Below, piece by piece: positions 1 to 8,310 of a DNA stretch of 36,895 bases. The stretch is taken from positions 1-36,895 of the forward strand of contig CACZQS010000094.1 of the NCBI GenBank assembly GCA_902783325.1. The letters are read 5' to 3'. This DNA is from an uncultured Lachnospiraceae bacterium. GTDB lineage: Bacteria; Bacillota; Clostridia; Lachnospirales; Lachnospiraceae. The notes under the pieces are model-generated. The model was not told the DNA's origin. It saw only the letters and a program-made list of their open reading frames with translations, and did no database searches. A program made the translations under genes and the position numbers. Position 1 is the stretch's first letter. Each line of letters begins with the position of its first letter.

Positions 1-8
1 CTTCATTA

Positions 9-168
9 GTTAATGACTGAGGGAACTGAGGATGCCGAGACTCAAGAACCAAGTATATACAAGGACTTCGGGCAAAAAGTCCGGCTAGTACGGTCTCAAG
101 GCTGCCCGTAGGGCTCCGCAGTTCAGCAAGCGCTGAAGCGATTTAGTAAAAGTTCTCCAAACGTTAAC
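9..168 (+). ncRNA. Candidate structured non-coding RNA of unknown family (5' end may lie outside the window)
   Basis: Nested long-range pairings: GTTAATG 9-15 with CGTTAAC 162-168; GGGAACT 21-27 with AGTTCTC 151-157; GCC-GAGAC with GTCTC-aa-GGC; plus hairpins GGACTT/AAGTCC, GCCC-gta-GGGC and TTCAGC-aagc-GCTGAA. G-U pairs favour the + strand. No ORF; a terminator follows directly. Confidence 0.5.
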
Positions 169-199
169 AAAAAGATCCCCGATACGGGGATCTTTTTTT
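169..199 (+). terminator. Intrinsic terminator (potentially bidirectional)
   Basis: AAAAAGATCCCCG-ATA-CGGGGATCTTTTT perfect stem with a T-run downstream and an A-run upstream. Confidence 0.85.
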
Positions 200-217
200 A
201 CTTTCAGGACTTTTTCA

Positions 218-226
218 TGATATACT
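218..226 (+). promoter_or_regulatory. Putative extended -10 sigma-A promoter for the ParB-like/GH3 operon
   Basis: TG-A-TATACT at 218-226, about 50 nt upstream of the 275 ATG and just after the terminator. Confidence 0.45.
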
Positions 227-274
227 TTTTCTTGCGAAGCTGCTGACCTTTACAGAGAGGACAGGGGAACAACT

Positions 275-661
275 ATGGCTTACAATAGCAACAGCGCCAT
301 TATGGTCATGATCAGGGAAGACCTGGCAAAGACGGAGGGACACCGCGAGGGCGTGAAGGTGAACGCTCTGGAGCGGCTCATGGTCAAGAAGGTCTCTCCT
401 TCGGAGCTTCATGTCAATCCTGACGATGAATTCACACATCCTGATGTAGGGCCGAACGAAGCGATCGTCGAGAACTACAGCCAGATCGCCAGACGCGATA
501 CGGAGATGTCGAATCTGGTGTATAAGGAGCCGATCATCGTTTACAAGCTGCGCGTGGGAGGCTATATGATGCTGAACGGACATCACCGCTGGGCGGGCGC
601 GATCAGGGCCTGCGTCCCGAAGGTGCGGATCCAGATCACGAACACGGAACACACCGGTTAA
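275..661 (+). CDS. Small stand-alone ParB/Sulfiredoxin-fold (ParB N-terminal-like) protein
   Basis: 128 aa with EPIIVY...YMMLNGHHRWAGA matching the ParB/Srx GxxR motif; no HTH domain; purine-rich RBS (AGGGGA) upstream. Confidence 0.75.
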   Translation: MAYNSNSAIMVMIREDLAKTEGHREGVKVNALERLMVKKVSPSELHVNPDDEFTHPDVGPNEAIVENYSQIARRDTEMSNLVYKEPIIVYKLRVGGYMMLNGHHRWAGAIRACVPKVRIQITNTEHTG

Positions 662-691
662 ACATCAATGCACAACCTGTAAGGAGCGTGA

Positions 692-2479
692 ATGATTATG
701 TTCGAGTTTTTTCAGAACCTGGCAGAGAATATGCGGCAGAAGGCAGAACAGGCCGTATTGCAGAACAGAACATTATCTGATAAACTGGGCAAGCGTCTCA
801 GCGAGGATAAAGCCCGTTCGCTCGTGAGCATGGGCCGCAGAGTTATGCGCGAGCTTGACCAGAGCAGCAGGCAGGCCGTGATCCTTCAGCATCGTCTGCT
901 TCACGAGCTGCTCGAGGAGAACAAAAACACGGAATACGGGCGCAGTCTGGGATTTGGTGAGATTCATACCGCCAGGGACTATCAGGGAAAAGTTCCGTTC
1001 ACGGGCTATGACGATTACGAGCCCTATATCCGGAGAATGATACAGGGAGAGAAGAACCTGCTGTCCGCGAAGGAAACGGTTCATTACGCCATGAGCGCGG
1101 GCAGTGTGGGAGTTCCGAAATACATCCCTGTCTCGGAAGCGGAACTGAAAAAGATTACAAAGTACGGCGCGGAGATGGCATTCGGCGTGGCGGATGAGTA
1201 TTATCGCTGCACCACGGGCAAAGGAGTTCCCTTCGGACCCGGACTCTGCGCCATAGAGATGCGGGTGATGATGACGGAGCGCGGTGTGGAAAAAGGAACG
1301 GTCTCCGGGTCGGCCCTGAAGTCCATGAAAGATTTTGTTCCCTTCGTTCTTTCTTCCCCCTGGGAAGTGGTCCGGCCCGAGGGCGAGATGGACCTGAAGT
1401 ACCTGAAGATCTTTCTCGCGCTTGGCAGGCGGGACCTGGCCTTTATGGAATCGGCATTTCTGACCAGTCTTGTCGACCTCATGGACTATATGAGGGATCA
1501 CTATGAGATGCTCTGCAAGGACATTTACCGCGGGCGCATCAATGACGAAATCCGGGTGTCTGAAGAAGTCCGCGCGCTCATCGAGGAAAACATCCGGCCG
1601 GACAAGGAGCGGGCCAAAGAGCTGATGAGGGAATTCAAGAGAGGATTTGATACCCCGATTATTCCCCGGATCTGGCCGAGGATGAGCTGGATCGGAGGAA
1701 TCGGAACAGGAGGCTTTACTCCTTATGTCCGAAGAATGCGGCAATACAGCGGCAAGAGTATTCCTTTCAACAATCTTTGCTATGCGGCTTCCGAGTCTTT
1801 CATGGCGGTGGCGCGGCACATGGGGGATGAGTCCTATGTTCTGATTCCGGACAGCGGTTTTTATGAGTTTATTCCGATACGTGAAGAAGAAGGAGACGGG
1901 AGACCGCTCCTCATGGACGAGCTGGAAATCGGTGAGGACTATGAGGTCATTGTGACGAATCTGTCCGGCTTCTACCGGTACCGCCTGCAGGATGTCGTGA
2001 GGGTTACCGGCTATTACAATGAGCTGCCGCTTCTGCGCTTTGTTTACCGGAAGGACCAGCTTCTGTCGATTGCCGGCGAAAAGACAAACGAAGAGGCACT
2101 GCGCTGGGCTGTGGAAGAGTATTCCCTGGAGACGTCCATGCATATCAATGACTACAGTCTCTACGCGGAGACGAGTACCTCTCCGGCCCACTATGTGATT
2201 CTCCTGGAACCGGAAAAACCGGTCCCGAAGGAAAAGCTTCCCTACTGCCGGGAGGTGATGGACAGCAAGCTGATGCAGGCGAATCCGTCTTACGGGGACA
2301 AGATCCGAAACGGAGCTTTGGGTTCGGCGGAAATTGTTTTCCTGCAGCAGCAGACTTATCAGCTTTACCGCGATTTGATGACTATGAAAGGAGCCTCCGC
2401 TAACCAGATCAAGCCGGTGCGCCTGATCGACACCCCGCTCAAGGAGAAATTCTTCTTCGGGCTGAAGGAGACGTACTGA
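692..2479 (+). CDS. GH3 family (auxin-responsive promoter family) acyl-adenylate-forming / acyl-amido synthetase
   Basis: 595 aa with GH3 hallmarks: NKNTEYG, VPFTGYDDYEPYI, SAGSVGVPKYIP P-loop, YAASE, FYEFIP, YEVIVTNLSGFYRYRLQDVVRVTGY, GEKTNE, QIKPVR; RBS AAGGAG. Confidence 0.88.
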   Translation: MIMFEFFQNLAENMRQKAEQAVLQNRTLSDKLGKRLSEDKARSLVSMGRRVMRELDQSSRQAVILQHRLLHELLEENKNTEYGRSLGFGEIHTARDYQGKVPFTGYDDYEPYIRRMIQGEKNLLSAKETVHYAMSAGSVGVPKYIPVSEAELKKITKYGAEMAFGVADEYYRCTTGKGVPFGPGLCAIEMRVMMTERGVEKGTVSGSALKSMKDFVPFVLSSPWEVVRPEGEMDLKYLKIFLALGRRDLAFMESAFLTSLVDLMDYMRDHYEMLCKDIYRGRINDEIRVSEEVRALIEENIRPDKERAKELMREFKRGFDTPIIPRIWPRMSWIGGIGTGGFTPYVRRMRQYSGKSIPFNNLCYAASESFMAVARHMGDESYVLIPDSGFYEFIPIREEEGDGRPLLMDELEIGEDYEVIVTNLSGFYRYRLQDVVRVTGYYNELPLLRFVYRKDQLLSIAGEKTNEEALRWAVEEYSLETSMHINDYSLYAETSTSPAHYVILLEPEKPVPKEKLPYCREVMDSKLMQANPSYGDKIRNGALGSAEIVFLQQQTYQLYRDLMTMKGASANQIKPVRLIDTPLKEKFFFGLKETY

Positions 2480-2518
2480 CCGTCTCATTTTTAACTGTAA
2501 AAAGCGGAACAAAACACT

Positions 2519-4030
2519 ATGTACGAAATTATGAGCTCGGATGAAGCGATCCGACTGATCCGTGACGGCGACTGCATTGCAGTCAATTCCTTTGTAGGTA
2601 TCGAAAATCCCGTTGAGCTTCACGAAGCGATCTACAGGCGTTATCAGAAAATGCAGTCACCGCGCCACCTGACGATGGTATCCAGCGCCGGCTTCGGCAC
2701 CTGGGATGAAAACCGCAATGCGGAAGGATATATCCGTGAAGGCGCGGTGGACCGCCTGATCTGCGGGCATTTCGGGGCGATGCCCAGCACGAAAAAGATC
2801 GTGATGGAGGACAGATTTGAAGCCTACAACCTGCCTCTCGGCTGCATTTCCCATGCGATCCGGGCGCAGGCCGGCGGACTTCCCGGCGCGCTGTCCAAGG
2901 TGGGACTCGATATTTTTGTAGACCCGCGTCTCGAGGGGCCCGGCATCAACAGGCTCTCTACCGACGATTCATTTGTCAGGTATGTGGAAGTGGACGGAGA
3001 GGAATTTCTTTACTACCGCGTTCCGAAGCTGACTGTAGCCCTGATCAAGGGAACTGCCGCGGACCGCAAGGGCAATATTTCCTTTGACGACCAGTTCATG
3101 TCCGGCGACGCGCTCTCGATCTGCCAGGCGGTGAAAGCGAACCGCGGCACGGTCATCGTGCAGGTGGACCGCATGGTGGATACGCCTTCGCGCCCGAGAA
3201 ATGCGATCATTCCGGGGTGCCTGGTGGACGCCATCGTCGTGGCGGAGCCCGAGAAGAGGAATGAGGCGTATACGGCGCTGACCGGCAGCTTTGAGATTCC
3301 CTACAAGGACTGGAGCCAGTGGAATGAGAAGATCGATACGGCCTCCGTCATGCACTCGAAGAACAATCCTGCGGGCAATATCATCGGCCGGCGTGCGGCG
3401 ATGGAGCTCCGCGTCGACGATATTGTCAATATCGGGATCGGCATTCCCGAGATGGTGTCGAGGCATGCCAGGAAGAGCGGTATGCTGGACAATATCACGC
3501 TGACTGTCGAATCCGGCGGCATCGGCGGCTTCCCTGTGTCCGGGGAAGCGTTCGGCGCCATGATCGGAGCGGCCTCCGTCTATGACATGGCAAACCAGTT
3601 TGACCTGTACAACAGCGGCGGGCTCGATATCTGCTTCATGGGTGCCTACGAAGTAGACGCACAGGGAAATGTCAACGCTCACAGGAGTGACGGGGCTTTC
3701 GCCGGCATCGGGGGATTCGCGAATATCACGGCCCGGACGCCTACCGTGATCTTCTGTCTGACCTTCACGACGAAAGGCCTTGAGGTCTCCCAGAAGAAGG
3801 GCATCGTGGCGATCGAGAAGGAAGGAACGGTTCCGAAATTCGTGAAGAAGGTGCGCTCGGTCAGCTTCTCCGCAAAGAGGGCGATGGCCAACGGGCAGAA
3901 GGTGCTCTATGTGACGGAGCGCTGCGTGTTCCGCCTCACTCCGAAGGGACTCAAGCTGATTGAATCGTATCCGGGCATAGATGTGGAGAAGGACATTCTG
4001 TCAAAGCTTCCGTTTGAAGTGGAGCAGTAG
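2519..4030 (+). CDS. Family I acyl-CoA:carboxylate CoA-transferase, fused alpha/beta (YdiF / propionate CoA-transferase-like)
   Basis: 503 aa; SKVGLDIFVDPRLEG, KGTAADRKGNI, VNIGIGIPE, LTVESGG (catalytic Glu), EVDAQGNVN, GIGGFANIT, YVTERCVFRL. Confidence 0.9.
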   Translation: MYEIMSSDEAIRLIRDGDCIAVNSFVGIENPVELHEAIYRRYQKMQSPRHLTMVSSAGFGTWDENRNAEGYIREGAVDRLICGHFGAMPSTKKIVMEDRFEAYNLPLGCISHAIRAQAGGLPGALSKVGLDIFVDPRLEGPGINRLSTDDSFVRYVEVDGEEFLYYRVPKLTVALIKGTAADRKGNISFDDQFMSGDALSICQAVKANRGTVIVQVDRMVDTPSRPRNAIIPGCLVDAIVVAEPEKRNEAYTALTGSFEIPYKDWSQWNEKIDTASVMHSKNNPAGNIIGRRAAMELRVDDIVNIGIGIPEMVSRHARKSGMLDNITLTVESGGIGGFPVSGEAFGAMIGAASVYDMANQFDLYNSGGLDICFMGAYEVDAQGNVNAHRSDGAFAGIGGFANITARTPTVIFCLTFTTKGLEVSQKKGIVAIEKEGTVPKFVKKVRSVSFSAKRAMANGQKVLYVTERCVFRLTPKGLKLIESYPGIDVEKDILSKLPFEVEQ

Positions 4031-4056
4031 AAAAAACCGATACGGAGGAACAAAGG

Positions 4057-5118
4057 ATGAGAAGACCGGCTTATCTCAAACCCGGAGATACCATCGGCCT
4101 CGTCGCCCCGTCCTTCGGGGCAGCGACTGAGCCGTATATCACCAGACTTGCGTCCGCGATACGGAAGTTTGAAGAGCGCGGCTATAAGATCGTAGCCGCC
4201 GACAGTGTCTACAAGAGTGACGGCCTCGGAATCAGCACGGATCCGGCGAGCGCTGCGGAGGATCTCATGCGCTTTTACCTGGACGACCGCATCGACGCGC
4301 TTTTCTCGGTGGGCGGAGGGGAGCTCATGAACGAGACGATCTCCCACGTCGATTTTGAAGCGCTGAAAAAAGGACGTCCGAAGTGGTATATGGGCTATTC
4401 CGACAACACGAACATGATTCTCCCCATGGCCGTGATCGCAGAGGTGCCCGGGATCTACGGACCGTGTGCGACCGGCTTCGGGAAGCCGTGGGAGGCCACG
4501 GAAAAAGATGCGCTCATGCTTCTCGAGGGACGCGGAGATACAGTGAGCGGATACGACAAGTATGAACTGCCCTTCTCTCCGGAGGGCGAGGAGGAAGAAG
4601 AGGATCCGCTCGCCCCGTATGCACTGACAGAGCCGAAAATCCTCACGAGCTTCCTTCCGAACGGAGGAAAACTCGTGAAGGCGGGTGCGGACGAGACCAT
4701 CACGGCTTCCGGCATGCTGCTCGGAGGCTGCCTGGATATCCTCACGAATCTGTCGGGGACGGAATTCGACCGCGTGCCCGAATACTGCAGAAAGTACGGT
4801 CCCGTGATCTGGGTTCTCGAGGCTTGTGACCTGAATCCGATGTCGATCCGCAGAGCCGTGTGGACGCTTCTTCACAGAGGCTGGTTCCAAACCGCGGCGG
4901 CATTTTTAGTCGGAAGACCACTGGCTTCCTTCCGGCAGGAAATGATGGGAGTGGACGCTTATAATGCGGTCACAGATGTCGTGAAGGACCTGCATGTGCC
5001 GGTGATCATGGACTGTGATATCGGGCATGTCGCACCGATGATGCCGCTTATCATGGGCAGCAGGGCGGAAGTGGAAGTGAAGGGCAATGCCATAAAGATC
5101 CGCATGACGGTCGAATAG
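4057..5118 (+). CDS. S66 family peptidase (LD-carboxypeptidase / MccF-like)
   Basis: 353 aa; LKPGDTIGLVAPS, GYSDNT (Ser), GMLLGGCLD, VLEAC (Glu), DIGHVAP (His) give the Ser-His-Glu triad; RBS GGAGG. Confidence 0.88.
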   Translation: MRRPAYLKPGDTIGLVAPSFGAATEPYITRLASAIRKFEERGYKIVAADSVYKSDGLGISTDPASAAEDLMRFYLDDRIDALFSVGGGELMNETISHVDFEALKKGRPKWYMGYSDNTNMILPMAVIAEVPGIYGPCATGFGKPWEATEKDALMLLEGRGDTVSGYDKYELPFSPEGEEEEEDPLAPYALTEPKILTSFLPNGGKLVKAGADETITASGMLLGGCLDILTNLSGTEFDRVPEYCRKYGPVIWVLEACDLNPMSIRRAVWTLLHRGWFQTAAAFLVGRPLASFRQEMMGVDAYNAVTDVVKDLHVPVIMDCDIGHVAPMMPLIMGSRAEVEVKGNAIKIRMTVE

Positions 5119-5162
5119 TAACATATATCGTAAGAGAGTACAAAGATCGGAAGATCGTATCG

Positions 5163-5191
5163 TTGACTTTTAAAATGAAGATTCGTAGACT
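5163..5191 (+). promoter_or_regulatory. Putative sigma-A promoter
   Basis: TTGACT (5163-5168), 17-bp spacer, TAGACT (5186-5191). Confidence 0.5.
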
Positions 5192-5194
5192 TTA

Positions 5195-5226
5195 ATCAGA
5201 CTCCTTTATTGAGTCTGATCTTTTTT
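5195..5226 (+). terminator. Intrinsic terminator hairpin
   Basis: ATCAGACTC-ctttatt-GAGTCTGAT followed by C and T6; could end the GH3 operon transcript. Confidence 0.65.
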
Positions 5227-5297
5227 GCCGAAGCGGCCGCGCGGCATTTCCCACACGTTGGACAACTAAATACAATGCAAAAGAAAGGAGACCGCCT

Positions 5298-5732
5298 ATG
5301 AAGTTTGAAGACTTCTGTGAATTTGTGCAGGTCATTGTTCTCGATGAGATGGCCCATATGTATAAGGACTCCGAATCTGAGGAACTGCCTGTCGTCGAAG
5401 AGGTTCTTCGCGAGAGACTGAATCTTAAAAGCGCGTTCCGGGAGAGGAGACGCAGGGGATATAAGAACCGCGATTACGTGGAAGAGCTGAGTGCCGGTGA
5501 GCAGAAGCTGTATGACAAGCTGAGAAAAGTTCGCATGGAAATCGCGCAGGAGATGCAGATTCCTGCCTATCAGGTCTTCACGAACCGGACCCTGGAGCAG
5601 ATGTGCCGGGAGCTGCCGCTGTCAAAGGAGGAGATGAAGACGCTGTATGGAGTAGGAAATGTGAATTCCGAAAAGTACGGACAGCGCTTTCTGGACGCGA
5701 TCCACTCCTTCACGGACGAAGAAGAAAACTGA
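5298..5732 (+). CDS. Stand-alone HRDC domain protein
   Basis: 144 aa; C-terminal LYDKLRKVRMEIAQEMQIPAYQVFTNRTLEQM...GVGNVNSEKYGQRFL is a typical RecQ-type HRDC; RBS AAAGGAG. Confidence 0.85.
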   Translation: MKFEDFCEFVQVIVLDEMAHMYKDSESEELPVVEEVLRERLNLKSAFRERRRRGYKNRDYVEELSAGEQKLYDKLRKVRMEIAQEMQIPAYQVFTNRTLEQMCRELPLSKEEMKTLYGVGNVNSEKYGQRFLDAIHSFTDEEEN

Positions 5733-5736
5733 TGCA

Positions 5737-5769
5737 AAAGAGGGCATCCCTTTTGGGGATGCCCTCTTT
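5737..5769. terminator. Bidirectional terminator between the convergent HRDC gene and htrA
   Basis: AAAGAGGGCATCCC ... GGGATGCCCTCTTT, a 14-bp perfect inverted repeat. Confidence 0.8.
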
Positions 5770-5783
5770 GAAAGAGGTGAGAG

Positions 5784-7121
5784 TTATGCCGCTTCGTCTT
5801 CTGTAAGAGATCCGAAGTCAACCGTTACGGTTGTTGTGCTGTAGGAATTGCCTTCGCTGCCGCCATTTCCCATCGGGCCCATCTGTCCCATTCCGAAGCA
5901 GACGATTGTGATCTCGGCGCTGTCGCCCTTGGTATAATGAGAGATAAGATTCTTGAGGTCTGAAGCACTCGTTACAGTGGTGCCGTCAACTGCCGTGATG
6001 ATGTCGCCTGCGCGGATGCCGGCCTTCTCAGCTGCGGAGCCCTTCTCGACAGACTGCACATAAGCGCCGGTCGGGATGCCGTAGTAGTCTGCATAATCCT
6101 GTGTGACAGTTGTGATGCTGACGCCGAGGTATGCATCGCCGTCGCCGGCTTCGATGGTGCTCTCTTCAGTGGGGGCGGTCTCCGACGTCTCGGTATGTGT
6201 GCCGTTTGCGATATCGGAGAGAATCGGTTCTGCCGTGTCGATCGGGATCGCGTAACCCATGTTTTCTACAGAGGAACCGCCCTTTGCCACATTGATGCCG
6301 ATGAGCTCGCCCTTCATGTTCAGCATGGCGCCGCCGGAGTTGCCGGCATTGATGGCCGCGTCGGTCTGGATGAGGCCGCCCAGTTCTTCGATCTCGTAGG
6401 TGCTCTCGTTTAATGTCTGGATGGTGCGGTCAAGCGCACTGATGATGCCGTGGCTTGCAGACTGGCCGTAGCCGAGGGCATTACCGATGACAATGACTCC
6501 TTCGCCGAGGGCCACATCCGAGGATTTGCCGATCGGGATCACGGCGATCTTGTCCAGAGTGTCGCTGCCAATATCCTTCTTTGCGACTTTGATCAGGGCG
6601 ACGTCCACTCCCGGATCTGTTCCGATCACTTCCGCGTTGACAGCAGTCTCGTCGATGAAGCTTACCGTCAGTTCTGTCGCGCCTTCGACAACGTGGTTAT
6701 TGGACGCGATCAGGATGTCGTCATCCGTCTCGCCTACGATGATGCCGGAGCCGGCGCTGACGCTTTTCTGCTGGCGAGGGGTGCCGTAGCCGTTCCCGTT
6801 TCCGTAGCCGTATCCATATCCGTATCCGAAGAAATCACCGAAGAACTGATTGAAGAGATCGGAATTTCCGCCGAAGTAGTCCCGGACGTCCTGCACCGAC
6901 GTGTTGGTGATGGAGACCATCGCCGGCATGGAGTTGGCGACGACGTCCTTGATGGACAGGTCTTCGTCGGAAGAGGGCTGCGTTGCTCCGAGCACTGTCT
7001 TGACAGCCACCCTCGGATCATTCATTTCCGCATTTGCCACCACTCCTGCTCCGATAAGGGAGATAGCGCCTGTCATGGATGCGCAAAGACCAAAAAGTTT
7101 CCATTTGCTGATTCTGCTCAT
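5784..7121 (-). CDS. htrA: HtrA/DegP-family serine protease with one PDZ domain
   Basis: 445 aa; N-terminal hydrophobic anchor, GSGIIV, NNHVV (His), DVALIKV (Asp), IQTDAAINAGNSGG (Ser), C-terminal PDZ (YLGVSI...GSAAEKAGIRAGDII); RBS GGAGG. Confidence 0.92.
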   Translation of the reverse strand: MSRISKWKLFGLCASMTGAISLIGAGVVANAEMNDPRVAVKTVLGATQPSSDEDLSIKDVVANSMPAMVSITNTSVQDVRDYFGGNSDLFNQFFGDFFGYGYGYGYGNGNGYGTPRQQKSVSAGSGIIVGETDDDILIASNNHVVEGATELTVSFIDETAVNAEVIGTDPGVDVALIKVAKKDIGSDTLDKIAVIPIGKSSDVALGEGVIVIGNALGYGQSASHGIISALDRTIQTLNESTYEIEELGGLIQTDAAINAGNSGGAMLNMKGELIGINVAKGGSSVENMGYAIPIDTAEPILSDIANGTHTETSETAPTEESTIEAGDGDAYLGVSITTVTQDYADYYGIPTGAYVQSVEKGSAAEKAGIRAGDIITAVDGTTVTSASDLKNLISHYTKGDSAEITIVCFGMGQMGPMGNGGSEGNSYSTTTVTVDFGSLTEDEAA

Positions 7122-7245
7122 AATATACCTCCTGTATACGATTTATGATTTGGATGATTCCATTAAGGGAATCTTGTCAGACTGGTTTGTTCATCGGTGT
7201 GTTCCTTTGAACAGTTTACATTTTTGCGGATATTTATGGCGCTTT

Positions 7246-7275
7246 TGTGAATCAGAATTGAAGAAAACATGAAAA
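7246..7275 (-). promoter_or_regulatory. Putative OmpR-family (CssR-like) response-regulator site upstream of htrA
   Basis: Minus strand reads TTCAT-N6-TTCAA-N6-TTCAC (TGAA at 7248, 7259 and 7270 on +; exact 11-bp period), with a candidate -10 TAAACT at 7213-7218. Confidence 0.45.
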
Positions 7276-7364
7276 GTGTGATATAACTTGTCATAAGGTC
7301 AGTGTAAACAATCCTTATAGAATAAAGAAAAAAGACAGAAGGAAATGATTCAGCAAAGGAAGCG

Positions 7365-8306
7365 ATGAGAAGCAGAATACTGATTATTTATAATCCCAAA
7401 GCAGGCAGGGGACAGTTCCTGGGATCTTTGTCCGATGCCATTGACATGTTCACAAAAGCCGGATATGCGGTCGAGGTTTATCCGACGCAGGCTCCGGGAG
7501 ACGCCGTGAGCCGGATCATGAATCTGGAAGAAGAGTACAGCATGATTGTTCCCGCAGGCGGAGACGGCACATTAGACGAGGTGGTGACAGGCCTTATGCG
7601 GAGCGGCCGTAAGATGCCGGTCGGCTATATACCGGTCGGGTCAACCAATGATTATGCCGCAAGTCTGAATCTTCCGGCTAATCACATCCAGCAGGCCGTG
7701 GATACTATTTTGACGGGACAGCCATGCGGCGTTGATGTAGGGGTGATGAACAGCGCTCACTTCTTTATCTATGTAGCTGCCTTCGGGGCATTTACCGATG
7801 TGGCTTACGAGACGAACCAGGATCTGAAGAATGTCTTCGGCCATGCCGCGTATCTGATCGAGGCGACAAAAAGGCTCGGCGATCTGAAGCCATATAAGCT
7901 TCATGTGAAGACAGAGAATTATGAGACGGAGCAGGAGTATATTTTCGGAATGGTTGCCAATTCGGTCTCTGTCGGGGGAATCCGCAATATCACCGGAAAG
8001 GATATTCTTCTCAATGACGGGCTTTTTGAAATCACGCTGATCCGGAATCCCAGGAATCTGCTGGAAATGCCGGAGATCGCCGGCTCACTGCTCATGCAGA
8101 ACTACGGCACGGAATTGATCGATTACTTTAAGACCGACAGAATCGAGCTGACGGCCGAGACCGAAATCCCCTGGACACTGGACGGGGAGTACGGAGGCAG
8201 CTGGAAACATGTGGTAATTGAGAACCGCTGCCGGGCGCTGCAGCTGATGCTGGACATAAAGCCGGGAAGCAACCTGAAGCCATTGTTGGAAGAGAAGGGA
8301 AACTGA
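7365..8306 (+). CDS. Diacylglycerol kinase family lipid kinase (YegS/Rv2252/BmrU)
   Basis: 313 aa; IYNPKAG, AGGDGTLDEV, YIPVGSTNDYA, DG.FE, WTLDGEYGG motifs. Confidence 0.92.
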   Translation: MRSRILIIYNPKAGRGQFLGSLSDAIDMFTKAGYAVEVYPTQAPGDAVSRIMNLEEEYSMIVPAGGDGTLDEVVTGLMRSGRKMPVGYIPVGSTNDYAASLNLPANHIQQAVDTILTGQPCGVDVGVMNSAHFFIYVAAFGAFTDVAYETNQDLKNVFGHAAYLIEATKRLGDLKPYKLHVKTENYETEQEYIFGMVANSVSVGGIRNITGKDILLNDGLFEITLIRNPRNLLEMPEIAGSLLMQNYGTELIDYFKTDRIELTAETEIPWTLDGEYGGSWKHVVIENRCRALQLMLDIKPGSNLKPLLEEKGN

Positions 8307-8310
8307 AGAG

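Noticed and set aside
26-32. CTGAGGA resembling the hammerhead ribozyme CUGANGA core
   Set aside because: No GAAA follows a stem II and there is no suitable three-way junction.
773-2623. 616-aa ORF antisense to the GH3 gene, and many similar shadow ORFs across the window
   Set aside because: They fully overlap well-supported genes on the other strand, have His/Leu/Arg-rich mirror composition and show no domain motifs.
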